A DNA stretch of 64,000 bases from an uncultured delta proteobacterium (GCA_963790475.1 CAWBOS010000015.1:480001-544000); one strand, 5' to 3'. Counted from the stretch's first letter, positions 41,779-52,091 are shown. The notes: generated by a model from the sequence alone, not told the origin. A program made the numbers and translations.

Positions 41779-42189
41779 CTATTTCTTGGATGCCACCACA
41801 AAAGCTATTACAAAGCAAATGAGCGAAAGAACTGACAGCGCTATAATCAGTGGCATCGTCATATAAGTCTTGCTAACCAAGGCTGTGCAACCAATAGCCC
41901 CGCCGAAGAACAGGCCTCCAAAAAGGCCCCATCCAGCCATTCCGGCATTGTTCGGTGATCGCTTCATACTTGAGCCGGTTAGATAATTTACAAAGGAAAT
42001 ACGAATAAAAAAGAACACTATCGCCAATACCAACAATGCACCGCCCCCAATCATTATATCTTTAGACGTGGGGCCAACCACTATCTCAGGGCCGGTCGGT
42101 ATTTGTTGGATTTGACTACTACCTTGTTGAGGTGTTTCCGGTGAAGAAATGGGGGGCAATGCAGGACTGTTTTGATCAGCCATGGTCAA
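41779..42189 (-). CDS. Three-TM membrane protein
   Basis: Pro/Gln-rich N-terminus and three hydrophobic helices. Confidence 0.7.
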   Translation of the reverse strand: MTMADQNSPALPPISSPETPQQGSSQIQQIPTGPEIVVGPTSKDIMIGGGALLVLAIVFFFIRISFVNYLTGSSMKRSPNNAGMAGWGLFGGLFFGGAIGCTALVSKTYMTMPLIIALSVLSLICFVIAFVVASKK

Positions 42190-42238
42190 TTCTCCTTTGA
42201 TTTTTCTATTATATTTACGATCTTCAACTCTTAATGTT

Positions 42239-43735
42239 TTACATCACTCGCACACTACAATTCTTTCCTTTATCCAATATAGGGACAGGTTTTCCGAATC
42301 CACGCTTGAGCACGCCAACTCGTTCACCCTGCGAATTTTTTATCACTGCGTCAGCAAATGGCCTTAACCCATAGGATTTCTGTGTACCATCAACTGATAC
42401 ACGGTAGATTTTTTCACGACGCAGAACGACTATCCCAGTAATGGCTGTTCCAATAATCAAAAGAAATAATACGCCAATTACAATGGCTGGCCAACTTGGA
42501 TACACGACCTGAATAAGCAAGGGTTGCATCGTCACAGAATTTTTAGCGGACACTCCCGGGACAAATAAATCAGGCAAAGGATCATTTGGAAAAAGGTCAG
42601 ACATTGCCCTGACGAAGTCCCTGGAAATTTCCAGGTGTTGATCCTTCAGTTCGAATCGGATTATCCCATTTGCCCGATACCCCGCGCCAAAAATAACCTC
42701 CGGACTCCAGGGAGATGGAATTGGCGGCACGCTAATTTTTACCAGGATATCTGAAGACAGACCGGCAGCAGGAATATTGGAGATTTTGTCAGTGGAAAGT
42801 TGTGAGGTAATTCCTTCTTTGCCTCCTCGGAACCCGGAAGTCATTGCGACGCTAGCCGAACGAATATCATAAGGAAAGAAATCATTGCGAAACTGCCCGA
42901 TGATTTCCGCGACCTCCGGCTTGCTTGCGGCGTCAAAGCTCAACACCAGTGTCTTGTGGTCAGGCACGCTTGCTTTGACGTTGTTGCTTCCCTTGACACC
43001 TTTGGGAATAAAAGTCAGTGCCTCAGCATTCAGTGGTTTAAGCCTCGCGGCTTTCTTGCCAAACGGCGCATTGACGGAAATCATCTGCTGAAGAAGCTGA
43101 TCTGCCGCGTCACCATAGGCCAACGCATATATCATCAACCCATTAGCATGAAAATTTAACTGGGAGCGGCTCTGGACCTTCGAGGGGTAAGGAAAGGCAA
43201 CAATGCGCTTAATTTCGGCTGAGTCCTGGAGGAAGTGATAAAACTCCTTATTCTTTTCAACCGTTTCGGGACTATTGTCGGGGCTGTTCTTGTTATTAGT
43301 CACAATCCATAGCAAGCAAGACTTCCCGGGAGAGAAATTGCTAATTGCTCCAATAATCGCCTCCTTAAAATCAGTATCCGCATAGGTTGTCCTGCCCGGC
43401 TTGTGCGCCGGCTCAATGGCCCGTATTGCCTCGTTGATCTTGTTCTGGTCGTTTCCCTTATAGTACAAACGGGGGGACTTGTTTTCCCCCCAAGTTTGGT
43501 TGAAACTTGCAACTACCTGCTGTTCACCACCATATTTACGGACGCGATCAGAAAGTTCTGCAACGATGTCTTTCAGCCGCGAACCCGGATCATCATAGAA
43601 GGGCAGCATCCAACCCGAATTCTGCACCAGAAATACTTGTGGGACAGATGATGCAGCCCACAGCGGCGCACTACTGCACAGCAAGGTGATTACCACAAAA
43701 ACAAAAGATCGAAAGGCCGTATAAATTCCGGACAT
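42239..43735 (-). CDS. Exported vWA-like domain protein with C-terminal TM
   Basis: Signal peptide; FLVQNSGWM / DTDF / IVTNN resemble a degenerate MIDAS; TM near residue 415-440. Confidence 0.55.
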   Translation of the reverse strand: MSGIYTAFRSFVFVVITLLCSSAPLWAASSVPQVFLVQNSGWMLPFYDDPGSRLKDIVAELSDRVRKYGGEQQVVASFNQTWGENKSPRLYYKGNDQNKINEAIRAIEPAHKPGRTTYADTDFKEAIIGAISNFSPGKSCLLWIVTNNKNSPDNSPETVEKNKEFYHFLQDSAEIKRIVAFPYPSKVQSRSQLNFHANGLMIYALAYGDAADQLLQQMISVNAPFGKKAARLKPLNAEALTFIPKGVKGSNNVKASVPDHKTLVLSFDAASKPEVAEIIGQFRNDFFPYDIRSASVAMTSGFRGGKEGITSQLSTDKISNIPAAGLSSDILVKISVPPIPSPWSPEVIFGAGYRANGIIRFELKDQHLEISRDFVRAMSDLFPNDPLPDLFVPGVSAKNSVTMQPLLIQVVYPSWPAIVIGVLFLLIIGTAITGIVVLRREKIYRVSVDGTQKSYGLRPFADAVIKNSQGERVGVLKRGFGKPVPILDKGKNCSVRVM

Positions 43736-45312
43736 TACCCCTCCATCAATTCAAGTGGCCAGCAGAAACAGTCGTTTCTTTCTGGAAAATATACATACAA
43801 TGAGTCGCCATAAACAAAGGCCGAAAGTTCAGGCAATTGTGATAGCCCAACACGGAACAAACTGCCGCCAATCCCACCATGAACCCCATCCACTCCATCT
43901 GCATACAAGGCTTTTTCTGAAACACCAGAACCTTCAACGACAAATCGCACGAAAGTAGTAATTCTTAAATCACGTTTGAAGAAGATATCTGAGAACAATC
44001 CCAATTCATCACGTCCCTCCCAAGGGCTCACTTTGGCGATCAATGCCAAGCCCTTTTCACCGAACTGAAGAAGCGGAAAACGCAATTCTCTATGTTCACT
44101 TATTCTTGGATTGCGTTTGTGAATATCATCCCAGTAATCATCACTCCAGGAAAAACTCGCTCTGCCAGTCGTCACAAACTGGCCACAATCAACATTCTCA
44201 GCATCAATTCTTGAGTCCCCATCCAGCTTGATGATTTTATTGACTATTCCATCTCGTACCGAATAGTCGCGATCCTCACAGAGTTGCCAGAATCCAGAAT
44301 AAGAACCGGTTCTGTGATAGGGTGGACCCAATTCAATGAGCGCAATTGCAGGATGCTCATCGGTTTCCCACGGCCTGAATTCCCAACTCAAGCCGGCTGC
44401 CGAATTAGCGCCAAAAACCCGGACATATCCACCACGGCCAGGCCAATACACAATCTGCTTGTTTTCATCAATGATAGGAATGCCGAAGTAGGCATCGTAG
44501 CCAGAACTCCCACGTAACTGTGGAAACACACACGAAGGATCACAGACTGAACAACATTCAGACCAGGTTATATCGCCCTCTTTCCTGCTGACCATCGCGA
44601 AATTATCTCCGCGCAATACTGGCGCCAACAGATATTTCCCAACGCGTATGGCGCCACCGACCGAGCGCCCTACAGCTTGGTCAACATTAATGCTACTGGA
44701 GGCCCAATTAACAGTTATCCACACAGGGCCTTGGTCAGTAGGGAGACACAAGCCAGATTCTGAAGAATCGCCCGCCAGAGACCACGACCAAGCGGGAAGT
44801 GTATCTTCTCCCGCGTTCCCGATTAGCACTTCCCATTTTTTGGTTTCACCCGGACGAAATATCCACAATTGCCCACTGTCTCTCTGCACCGCTACCAGCA
44901 AACGTCGTTGACCCCCTAATTTAGCTGAACAAAATGCAAAGCGACCATCTCGAGAAGGCAATGGGAACGGACTAGCCTGTTCATTATACGTTCCCGGCTT
45001 ATTATTGTGTATCGATCTTATTGGAAACAATTTCAAACCGTTCCCTGTACCATAAGGAGGAAGCCATAAGTCAGCTACACTGTCATTTGCATCCAACAAA
45101 ATAGAGCCACAATAAGGACAGTTCTTAAATTGAGATGGGAACACACTCTGGTCACAGGGTACCCCCGAGATAGGATGACTTTTCGCCCCAATCAACATAC
45201 AAAGCGGTGCAACCGGCGCTGCCTCGCACTTTTGCCCGAAGATGCTTTGAATTTTGAATGTTTTAGAGTTCTCATCTTGCTCCCAAGATGAATCTTTAAA
45301 CGGCCACAACAT
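43735..45312 (-). CDS. Hypothetical Trp-rich protein with zinc-ribbon-like motif
   Basis: GGAGG RBS before ATG at 45312; CPYCG; stop overlaps the next start. Confidence 0.65.
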   Translation of the reverse strand: MLWPFKDSSWEQDENSKTFKIQSIFGQKCEAAPVAPLCMLIGAKSHPISGVPCDQSVFPSQFKNCPYCGSILLDANDSVADLWLPPYGTGNGLKLFPIRSIHNNKPGTYNEQASPFPLPSRDGRFAFCSAKLGGQRRLLVAVQRDSGQLWIFRPGETKKWEVLIGNAGEDTLPAWSWSLAGDSSESGLCLPTDQGPVWITVNWASSSINVDQAVGRSVGGAIRVGKYLLAPVLRGDNFAMVSRKEGDITWSECCSVCDPSCVFPQLRGSSGYDAYFGIPIIDENKQIVYWPGRGGYVRVFGANSAAGLSWEFRPWETDEHPAIALIELGPPYHRTGSYSGFWQLCEDRDYSVRDGIVNKIIKLDGDSRIDAENVDCGQFVTTGRASFSWSDDYWDDIHKRNPRISEHRELRFPLLQFGEKGLALIAKVSPWEGRDELGLFSDIFFKRDLRITTFVRFVVEGSGVSEKALYADGVDGVHGGIGGSLFRVGLSQLPELSAFVYGDSLYVYFPERNDCFCWPLELMEG

Positions 45313-45770
45313 TTTGTTTTCCTCCAAACCTATGGAGATTGTCACCAGGGAGGCTTCCTGTTATCGCCTCCTGGCTTTCATCTCCTTAAAAATGGACTTA
45401 CACTGGAGATCAAATCAGGTTGGGAGGGTGCTCAACAACCTCCCCTTCTTTAAAAATTTCACACAAAATATTGACAGTGTCATCACAATGATTAGTACAT
45501 CTCAAGAAATTAAATCACACTTGAACTTCAATTTTATGTCGTTTTCAGTTATCTTGGCTACTACTCCATATATGTGCCCATTTTCCTGAATAACAACTCA
45601 ATAATACAGCGTGTCAGGTTTCATGTTGCTCAGGAAACACTATGTTTTTTCAGAAAAAGATAAAGTTTTTCAAGAGTGATTGAGTACTTATTTGCGACCA
45701 CTCCCCTGCTTTGTGATTCATATTTCTTAACAAGTTAGTGGGCGGAGGGTTCTTTCCGTTTTAATCTTTA

Positions 45771-46145
45771 TCATTGTGAATTCTCAATAATCACGGTCAA
45801 GCTCTTATCTCCAATGGCAAACGCATTCTTAACCTCACCTCTTATGGTCACCTCTTCCCCCGTTTTGGGAAAGGTCTTCGATGGGATAACTGCAATTGCC
45901 CCGGTTTCATCCGCGATCATGAAATAGCCATGCCCAAAAACGATGAACGACTTTGTAACATTACCTTTGACGTGCACTAATCGGTCTCCATATTGGGTAG
46001 GTGAAGCAAGAATGTCAGTAATTTTATCCGTCCTTGACAAAGGACTATCTGTGCAGGCGGGCAGTAACGAAAACAAGATAAACGTAAGAATAACGCTGAG
46101 TCCCTTAAATGGGAGGTTCATCGTCATCATATACTTGCAACTCAC
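45771..46145 (-). CDS. OB-fold-like lipoprotein
   Basis: LPAC lipobox; I.DIL..P..Y....V.V.G.V...DETG.I.V; start probably slightly internal. Confidence 0.6.
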   Translation of the reverse strand: MSCKYMMTMNLPFKGLSVILTFILFSLLPACTDSPLSRTDKITDILASPTQYGDRLVHVKGNVTKSFIVFGHGYFMIADETGAIAVIPSKTFPKTGEEVTIRGEVKNAFAIGDKSLTVIIENSQ

Positions 46146-46639
46146 TTTCGTTCTTCATTTGACAAGAATTTGGAAAGAACTTCCTTGATTATCAGCAAAT
46201 TATAGCAGGGAAAATAGATAGTCAAGGGAAAAAAGATTAAGGCAATAGACCTCAAAGAGTTTTTGATAGAATTTCCTTTTTAATTAAAAAGTTATGTAAT
46301 AATAAGGTTTCTAAGAAATATTAATCATTAAACAATTTTTGCAGTTTTTATGCCAACTTTTAATATTTTATAACATCTTGTATTACTTTGATAATTATTG
46401 GGGGCGATTGGGGTCCTACCATAAAGTAGAAAAGATTTTCTATTTATTGCTAATGAATTTCTTCTTTTGTAGGGGAATTTTATTCCCCTTTTTAACTCTT
46501 TCGTTTCTCACAAGATCAAGAAAATAACGAGGATTAAAATTTCAACCGACTTGATAACGAATACCTTAGCCTCTACAGGATAAACCACTTTGGTCTCCCG
46601 ATCATTAACAAGAGGACATTTATCCAAATCTTGCCCAGC

Positions 46640-46849
46640 TTAATCTTCAACATCTCGGGAAATATTTGTTTTTATTTTTCCCCCGATTGGGGTCTGAAAA
46701 TATTCCGAAGAGAGTTTCCCTTCTTTAAGTTGCCCCAAGACTTTTTCAAGCTCATGAGTTAGGTTAAGGCATTCCTTTCCCTTGACTCCTTTGACCCTGA
46801 AAGCGACTTTACCCTTTGTTTGAATGGTTACTTCTACTTCCTCCGACAT
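46640..46849 (-). CDS. DUF2997-like protein
   Basis: MSEEVEVTIQTKGKV...GVKGKECLNLTHELEKVLG; GGAGG RBS. Confidence 0.7.
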   Translation of the reverse strand: MSEEVEVTIQTKGKVAFRVKGVKGKECLNLTHELEKVLGQLKEGKLSSEYFQTPIGGKIKTNISRDVED

Positions 46850-46860
46850 AAACAGTCCTC

Positions 46861-47252
46861 CTATAGGTCTCCAATGGTCAGTTTTTTTAGAACCAAACGA
46901 ATATCCCCTCTCTCGGTCCTCCGTTGAAATATCAGGGAAAAGCCTTTTTTTGCGCCTCCAGAAGAACCTTGCGACGGGCATATCCTGATAGATTTTATCA
47001 ATCAGGTTTTTTGTTTCCTTTTTTTCAAGGCTTTCCCACATACCAAGAATCTCATAAGCCGCTGCGGGAGAAGTCTTTCTGAATCCCAGCTTAAGCCCTC
47101 CCTTCCAGGTTATATCTAAATCGACAGGCTTTGAGGACCCCAGCGATTTAATATAACCCCCTTTGATAATCGGAATGTTTAACCCCTTGTAGGGTTTCAA
47201 TCAAAATATCCTGGTCTCTAATCTCTGTCTTTAAGGTGGTCAGATGTGACAT
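46861..47252 (-). pseudogene. DUF1257 (Ycf35-like) frameshifted gene
   Basis: Starts MSHLTTLKTEIRD after AGGAG; continuation needs frame changes (LGFRK...YEILG.W...; GDIRLVLKK). Confidence 0.65.
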
Positions 47253-47490
47253 CTCTCCTGCTTTTTATATCCTCTCTTATTAACTGCAGTCGATCCCAAA
47301 AAAATATTCCCCTGGAGACCTTTAGATCTGCGTCGAGATCAGATTAAACTGCAAGTTTCCATCATCGTGCTTTTGGCCTTGTTGCGACATGAGATTTAAA
47401 CGAAATTTAAACCAGTTGTTGAAGCAGACATTTCCTAGAAGACTTGGGTTTCTCTTCCTTGATGTTTGAGTTTAAACAGGGCCATAGGGT

Positions 47491-47775
47491 TTGGGGATTT
47501 ATGGTGGCCATTTCCGGATATCGATATATTTCTGGGAGGCTGGAAAGAAGGTCAAACCTTTTGGGTTCCATGGAATTAGGCATTTGACTGTTTCGATACT
47601 CTATCAGAAAGGATACCCCTTATCAGTTATTCAGACCATATTGAGACATGCGAGTCCGAATACAACAGCCCGTTACATACATAGTCTTGGATTGGAAGAA
47701 ACAAGAAGGGCGCTTGAAGAAGGTCTTAAAGAACCTGGTCAAGTGATTGAATTCAACAAGGAGAGTGTGGCATAA
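47491..47775 (+). pseudogene. Tyrosine recombinase/integrase C-terminal fragment
   Basis: FHGIRH...IQTILRH....TTARY; adjacent to the tRNA-Glu 3' end. Confidence 0.85.
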
Positions 47776-47808
47776 AAAAACCTCAGAAGGATTATTTCTG
47801 AGGTTTTT
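47774..47808. terminator. Bidirectional terminator-like hairpin
   Basis: AAAAACCTCAGAA...TTCTGAGGTTTTT. Confidence 0.7.
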
Positions 47809-47849
47809 GTGTCCGAATTTGTGTCCAGGATATATAATAGAATGTTTTA

Positions 47850-47927
47850 TGGCGTCCCCAACGGGATTTGAACCCGTGTTGCCGGCGTGAAAGGCCGGTG
47901 TCCTGGGCCAGGCTAGACGATGGGGAC
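47850..47927 (-). tRNA. tRNA-Glu (TTC)
   Basis: GTCCCCATCGTCTAG...CTTTCAC...GGTTCAAATCCC...GACGCCA cloverleaf. Confidence 0.96.
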
Positions 47928-47933
47928 TTGAAG

Positions 47934-48009
47934 TGGTGGGCCGTGCTGGACTTGAACCAGCGACTCTCTGCTTAAAAGGCAGATACTCTACCTCCTGAGT
48001 TAACGGCCC
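47934..48009 (-). tRNA. tRNA-Lys (TTT)
   Basis: GGGCCGTTAACTCAG...CTTTTAA...GGTTCAAGTCC...CCCACCA. Confidence 0.96.
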
Positions 48010-48014
48010 GCTGC

Positions 48015-48156
48015 GAGAGCTTTGGAAAATGTTCCCTTTTGCTCAATCTCTGCGTCAGACTCAAATTTTAATCCTCAAAATACTAAATGTATTCCTGTGG
48101 TTAAAATTATCCTCTTCCTTGACCTTGAACAAAATTGGATATTTTTCAAAGCTCTC
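48015..48156. repeat. ~140-bp MITE-like repeat, copy 2
   Basis: Terminal IR GAGAGCTTTGGAAAAT / ATTTTTCAAAGCTCTC; homologous to 5529-5656. Confidence 0.8.
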
Positions 48157-48187
48157 ATTTAAACAATAAGCTTTAAAGGAAAAATTC

Positions 48188-48937
48188 TTGAGGAAATTTC
48201 TGAAAATTTGGATATTCGCCACCCTCTTGGCCTTGGGATGGATCATTCTGCCCGCCTCCGGGTTCGGGGCTGACAAGGTTCCTTTAAAAGCCGACGGGTC
48301 TACCAATGGTATGCCGGTTCGGTGGGATCAGGCTTTTTTTAGGCTCATCCCCACCCCTGATAGAGGCAAGCTTGAACGGGGAGAAATTCTTTGCGAAATA
48401 AGAAAAACAGGGAGTGATACTGTATTGGCCCAGACCATCGGCCTAATCAAGGCGAAGGCTGAAGACTGTTTTAAAGTAGTCCGGAACTATAATCAATATA
48501 TCAATCTGATGCCCTGTACGGTAGAAAGTAAGGTGATCCGGTCGTTTCATTTGGAAGGAGAGAATGCCGGCGCCGAGGCAGTTGACTTTTGGACCCGGAT
48601 AAGGGTTCTTGGTTTTAACACCCGTTATCTGCTCCGTATCGTCCATCTCACGGAGTCCGATAAGCAACGATTTCGCAGCTACTGGACTTTGGTGGACCAC
48701 CCGGATCAACTGCCGGCCTGCCTCGATAGGGGGGAAAAGTCCTGCCGGAACGACCTGGCGGTCGATCTGGGGTCACACCAGTTTGAGCCTTTCCCCGGGA
48801 ACCCCAATTACACCCTGCATACCTACACCCTGACTGTTTCCGGGAAAAGCTGGTTGCAACGGATGGCCTTCCGTCTGGGAGGGACAAAAGCAATGGAGGA
48901 TGTCACCCTTGCGATCAGACGTGTTTTGGAGAAATAA
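48188..48937 (+). CDS. Exported SRPBCC/START-like protein
   Basis: Signal peptide; GLIKA..EDCF.VV.NY..Y...MP...ES pattern. Confidence 0.5.
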   Translation: MRKFLKIWIFATLLALGWIILPASGFGADKVPLKADGSTNGMPVRWDQAFFRLIPTPDRGKLERGEILCEIRKTGSDTVLAQTIGLIKAKAEDCFKVVRNYNQYINLMPCTVESKVIRSFHLEGENAGAEAVDFWTRIRVLGFNTRYLLRIVHLTESDKQRFRSYWTLVDHPDQLPACLDRGEKSCRNDLAVDLGSHQFEPFPGNPNYTLHTYTLTVSGKSWLQRMAFRLGGTKAMEDVTLAIRRVLEK

Positions 48938-49673
48938 GGACATCCCGCCATCTTAAAAAGAGGACACATTCATTGGGGGGCTTAAAGGCCCGCACTTCGA
49001 CGACCCTCGTTTCCGTATCGATAGAAACGTAACGCATATAATCACGAGAACAGGCCCCCGAATTGACATAGATCCCTTTTCCGAAGGGACGGCAGGTCAT
49101 CCGGTGGGAATGACCCATCACAATAATATTATTTTTCCCAAGGATCAAGGACTGTCGGGCGGCCATATCCAGCCTTTCAAAAAGTCGTTGTCCGAAGTCA
49201 TAAAACGGTCCTTCTAAAAAATCGGCCAGCCGGCCTAGACCCTTTCGCCTCATTCCACCGATGACCCAGGTGATGAAATAAGGCAGCCGCCCTTTTTCAC
49301 CGATGAAAGGATCGAATTGATGACCATGGATCAGCCATATTCGCCAGCCGTCTTTTTTCAGCCGGATCTGTTTTAAAGTTCCCATAAGTTTTTGGGTGAT
49401 TTGATCGTGATTCCCAAAAATACTTTCGTAGCGTGCAGATTTCCAGCGCCGGACTACTCGGGAATAGCGTTTCAAAATGGCCTCAAGGACATCCGACCGG
49501 GAGCCTGGAAAAGGCCCATAATCGGTTTGGTAAATATCCCCCATCAGAATGATCCGGTCATGGGTCCGGGAGAGATGATCGTCAAACCGGAGCAGACCCT
49601 CTTCTTTCCCCTGGAATTTATCCAAAACCGGGATATGGCCAAGATGGAGATCGCCAAAGGAGGCTATGCGCAT
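48915..49673 (-). CDS. Metallophosphoesterase (LpxH-like)
   Basis: GDLHLG, MGD, GNHD, HGH.FD, GHSH and NSG motifs. Confidence 0.85.
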   Translation of the reverse strand: MRIASFGDLHLGHIPVLDKFQGKEEGLLRFDDHLSRTHDRIILMGDIYQTDYGPFPGSRSDVLEAILKRYSRVVRRWKSARYESIFGNHDQITQKLMGTLKQIRLKKDGWRIWLIHGHQFDPFIGEKGRLPYFITWVIGGMRRKGLGRLADFLEGPFYDFGQRLFERLDMAARQSLILGKNNIIVMGHSHRMTCRPFGKGIYVNSGACSRDYMRYVSIDTETRVVEVRAFKPPNECVLFLRWRDVLISPKHV

Positions 49674-49844
49674 CAGTTGATTTCAGTTTGGGTTCTTAGT
49701 GGCAAGATCCAAATTGTCACCCTGGTGGAAAAGGGAGCCCATAACAAATCTAATATTTAATAATTCCGGCTTTTGCCGATATCGAAAAGGGGATATTAAA
49801 ATTGTTTCTTTCTGAATTCTGACACTGTATTCTGAAAGCTCTTT

Positions 49845-51134
49845 TTAATGTTTAAACGCCCTTTGACCGGTGAAGACCATAGCGGCCGGAGGATTAGCCT
49901 GATTGCAGGCTTCGATCACCTCGTAATCCCTTAAGGACCCTCCAGGTTGCACCACAGAGGTGATTCCCTGTTTCAAACCTACATCCACCCCGTCGCGGAA
50001 AGGGAAAAAGGCATCGGAAATCATGGCCGATCCTGGCAGACCGGCTTTGTCCTCTTTGGTCTTTTGGTCAATCTCTTCCTTGCCCTTAACTTTGCGTTTG
50101 CCCTGCTCGATTTCCAGTTCCAAATCTTTATAGGGAAGTCCGAAACGGTCGAAGCACAGGGCATCGGCATATTTGGTATAGGCCTTATAAACGGCGATCT
50201 CAGCCACACCCACCCGGTCCTGTTCGCCGGTGCCGATTCCCACGGTACATTGATCTTTAACATAGAGGACAGAGTTGGAGGTCACTCCCTGTTCCACGGA
50301 CCAACCGAAGTACAGGTCGTCTAATTCCTTTTCCGTCGGTTGCCGTAAAATCCGGTACTCGCGATTCTGATAGGTGGAAACCGCTGGCAAGAAATCTTTT
50401 TTATTCTGAATGACATTGACAGGAGATTGCTGAAGGACCAAGCCACCGTCCTGCAATCCCTTAAAATCCAGAAACCGGACCTGGCGAAGGCCTTCCAAAT
50501 GATCCATGCGGGGCACCTTTAAAATCCTCAAATTCCCCCGTTTGGCCAAAATGGGCACAGCACCCTCCTCAAAATCCGGTGCGGCTACGACCTCGAGATA
50601 ATTTGAGGCGATCAATTCAGCTGTGGCTTTGTCTAAAGGGCGGTTGAAAACAGCAGCTCCGCCGAAAGCGGCGATTCGGTCGGCCCGGTTGGCTCGAAAG
50701 TAGGCCTCCGATAAGCTAGTCCCATAGGCTACCCCGCAAGGGTTATTATGTTTGACGATGACTGCCGCCGGCTTGGCCAAAAGAAATTTCAGAATGTTCA
50801 GGGCATTATCCACATCGGTCAGATTGGTCTTGCCGGGATGCTTTCCCTCTTGAATCATCTCGGCCTCGGTGATGGCCGAAACCATGCCCTGGCCTGGCCG
50901 AATGAATTGACATTCCCCCAAAACAAGATTGCCGTTGATCAATTCATATAAGGCCGCTTCCTGTCCCGGGTTTTCCCCGTAACGGAGGCCCTTTTCTTCC
51001 AAGACCCCATCGGCCTGGGGAAGTTTCCAGGTCCTCTTCCGATAAATCAGGGATTGATCCCCTAAGGTGATGGTCAAGGTTGGTGGAAAATGATCGGCCA
51101 TGACCGTGCGGTACTTTTTTTTTAGATCATCCAT
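49845..51134 (-). CDS. purH: PurH-like AICAR transformylase-domain protein
   Basis: LRYGENP.Q, VKHNNPCG, SN, SDAFFPF.D, QPGGS.RD and R.FKH motifs; no recognisable N-terminal MGS-like domain. Confidence 0.8.
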   Translation of the reverse strand: MDDLKKKYRTVMADHFPPTLTITLGDQSLIYRKRTWKLPQADGVLEEKGLRYGENPGQEAALYELINGNLVLGECQFIRPGQGMVSAITEAEMIQEGKHPGKTNLTDVDNALNILKFLLAKPAAVIVKHNNPCGVAYGTSLSEAYFRANRADRIAAFGGAAVFNRPLDKATAELIASNYLEVVAAPDFEEGAVPILAKRGNLRILKVPRMDHLEGLRQVRFLDFKGLQDGGLVLQQSPVNVIQNKKDFLPAVSTYQNREYRILRQPTEKELDDLYFGWSVEQGVTSNSVLYVKDQCTVGIGTGEQDRVGVAEIAVYKAYTKYADALCFDRFGLPYKDLELEIEQGKRKVKGKEEIDQKTKEDKAGLPGSAMISDAFFPFRDGVDVGLKQGITSVVQPGGSLRDYEVIEACNQANPPAAMVFTGQRAFKH

Positions 51135-51201
51135 AAAAACTCCAGGCGTGAGGGGTGAGGCATTAGGCGTGAGTTGCGAGACAAGAGAACACTAGACAAA
51201 C

Positions 51202-51999
51202 TCATGCCTCGTGCCTCTCGTCTCGTGCCTTATCTCTTTCAATATAGGCGTAGGCGCTGTGATTGTGAATGGATTCGAAATTCTCCGAATCCACGGAAAA
51301 CCAGGTGATATTGGGGTCGGCTTCCAGTTTTCTGGCTACTTCGCGGACCACATCCTCGACGAACATAGGATTTTCAAAACTCCTCTCGGTTACATATTTT
51401 TCATCTTCCCGCTTTAAAACGGAAAAGACCTCAGCCGATCCGGACTCTTCCACCAGACGGATGATATCCTCAATCCAGATGAATTTCTTGAACCGAAAGC
51501 TTACCCGGACCTCTCCCCTTTGATTATGAGCCCCATATTCACTGATTTCCTTGGAACAGGGACACACCGTGGTTATGGGAACCTTGAGTTCAATCAACAG
51601 ATCCCTGCCCTTGGTGCTTTTGGACGATGCCTTAAAGGTACAAATATATTCCATCAGACCTTCGACCTGGGTTATCGGGGCCTTTTTGGTGATAAAGTAG
51701 GGGAAAGTGACCTCTAAATGGGCGGATTCGGCATCCAGACGTTTTTTAAGTTCATCCAGAATGGTATTTAGATTTTCCATGGTGACCTGACGGCGGTATT
51801 CGCTCAAGACTTCTATAAAGCGGCTCATATGAGTCCCTTTATGATCATGGGGCAGGTCAACATACATATTGATGCTGGCCACAGTCTGCTGAAAGCCGTT
51901 TTCCTTGTCCCGAACCGTAATGGGGTAACGAATGTTTTTGACCCCTACCTTGTCGATCGGAATCTGTCGATTATCTTTTTGGCTTTGAACGTCAATCAT
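51202..51999 (-). CDS. folE2: GTP cyclohydrolase IB
   Basis: KGTHMSRF, TTVCPCSK, GAHNQR and ESIHNH motifs. Confidence 0.93.
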   Translation of the reverse strand: MIDVQSQKDNRQIPIDKVGVKNIRYPITVRDKENGFQQTVASINMYVDLPHDHKGTHMSRFIEVLSEYRRQVTMENLNTILDELKKRLDAESAHLEVTFPYFITKKAPITQVEGLMEYICTFKASSKSTKGRDLLIELKVPITTVCPCSKEISEYGAHNQRGEVRVSFRFKKFIWIEDIIRLVEESGSAEVFSVLKREDEKYVTERSFENPMFVEDVVREVARKLEADPNITWFSVDSENFESIHNHSAYAYIERDKARDERHEA

Positions 52000-52091
52000 A
52001 AGAGTTGCGAGTTGCAAGTTGCGAGTTGCGCGTTACGCGTCAAAGAAATTTCAACCCGTAACCCGTAACCCGGAACCCGTAACTGGTTTTT

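Noticed and set aside
46640-47200. 186-aa ORF as a single protein
   Set aside because: Better explained as a frameshifted DUF1257-like gene read through into a DUF2997-like gene that has its own RBS.
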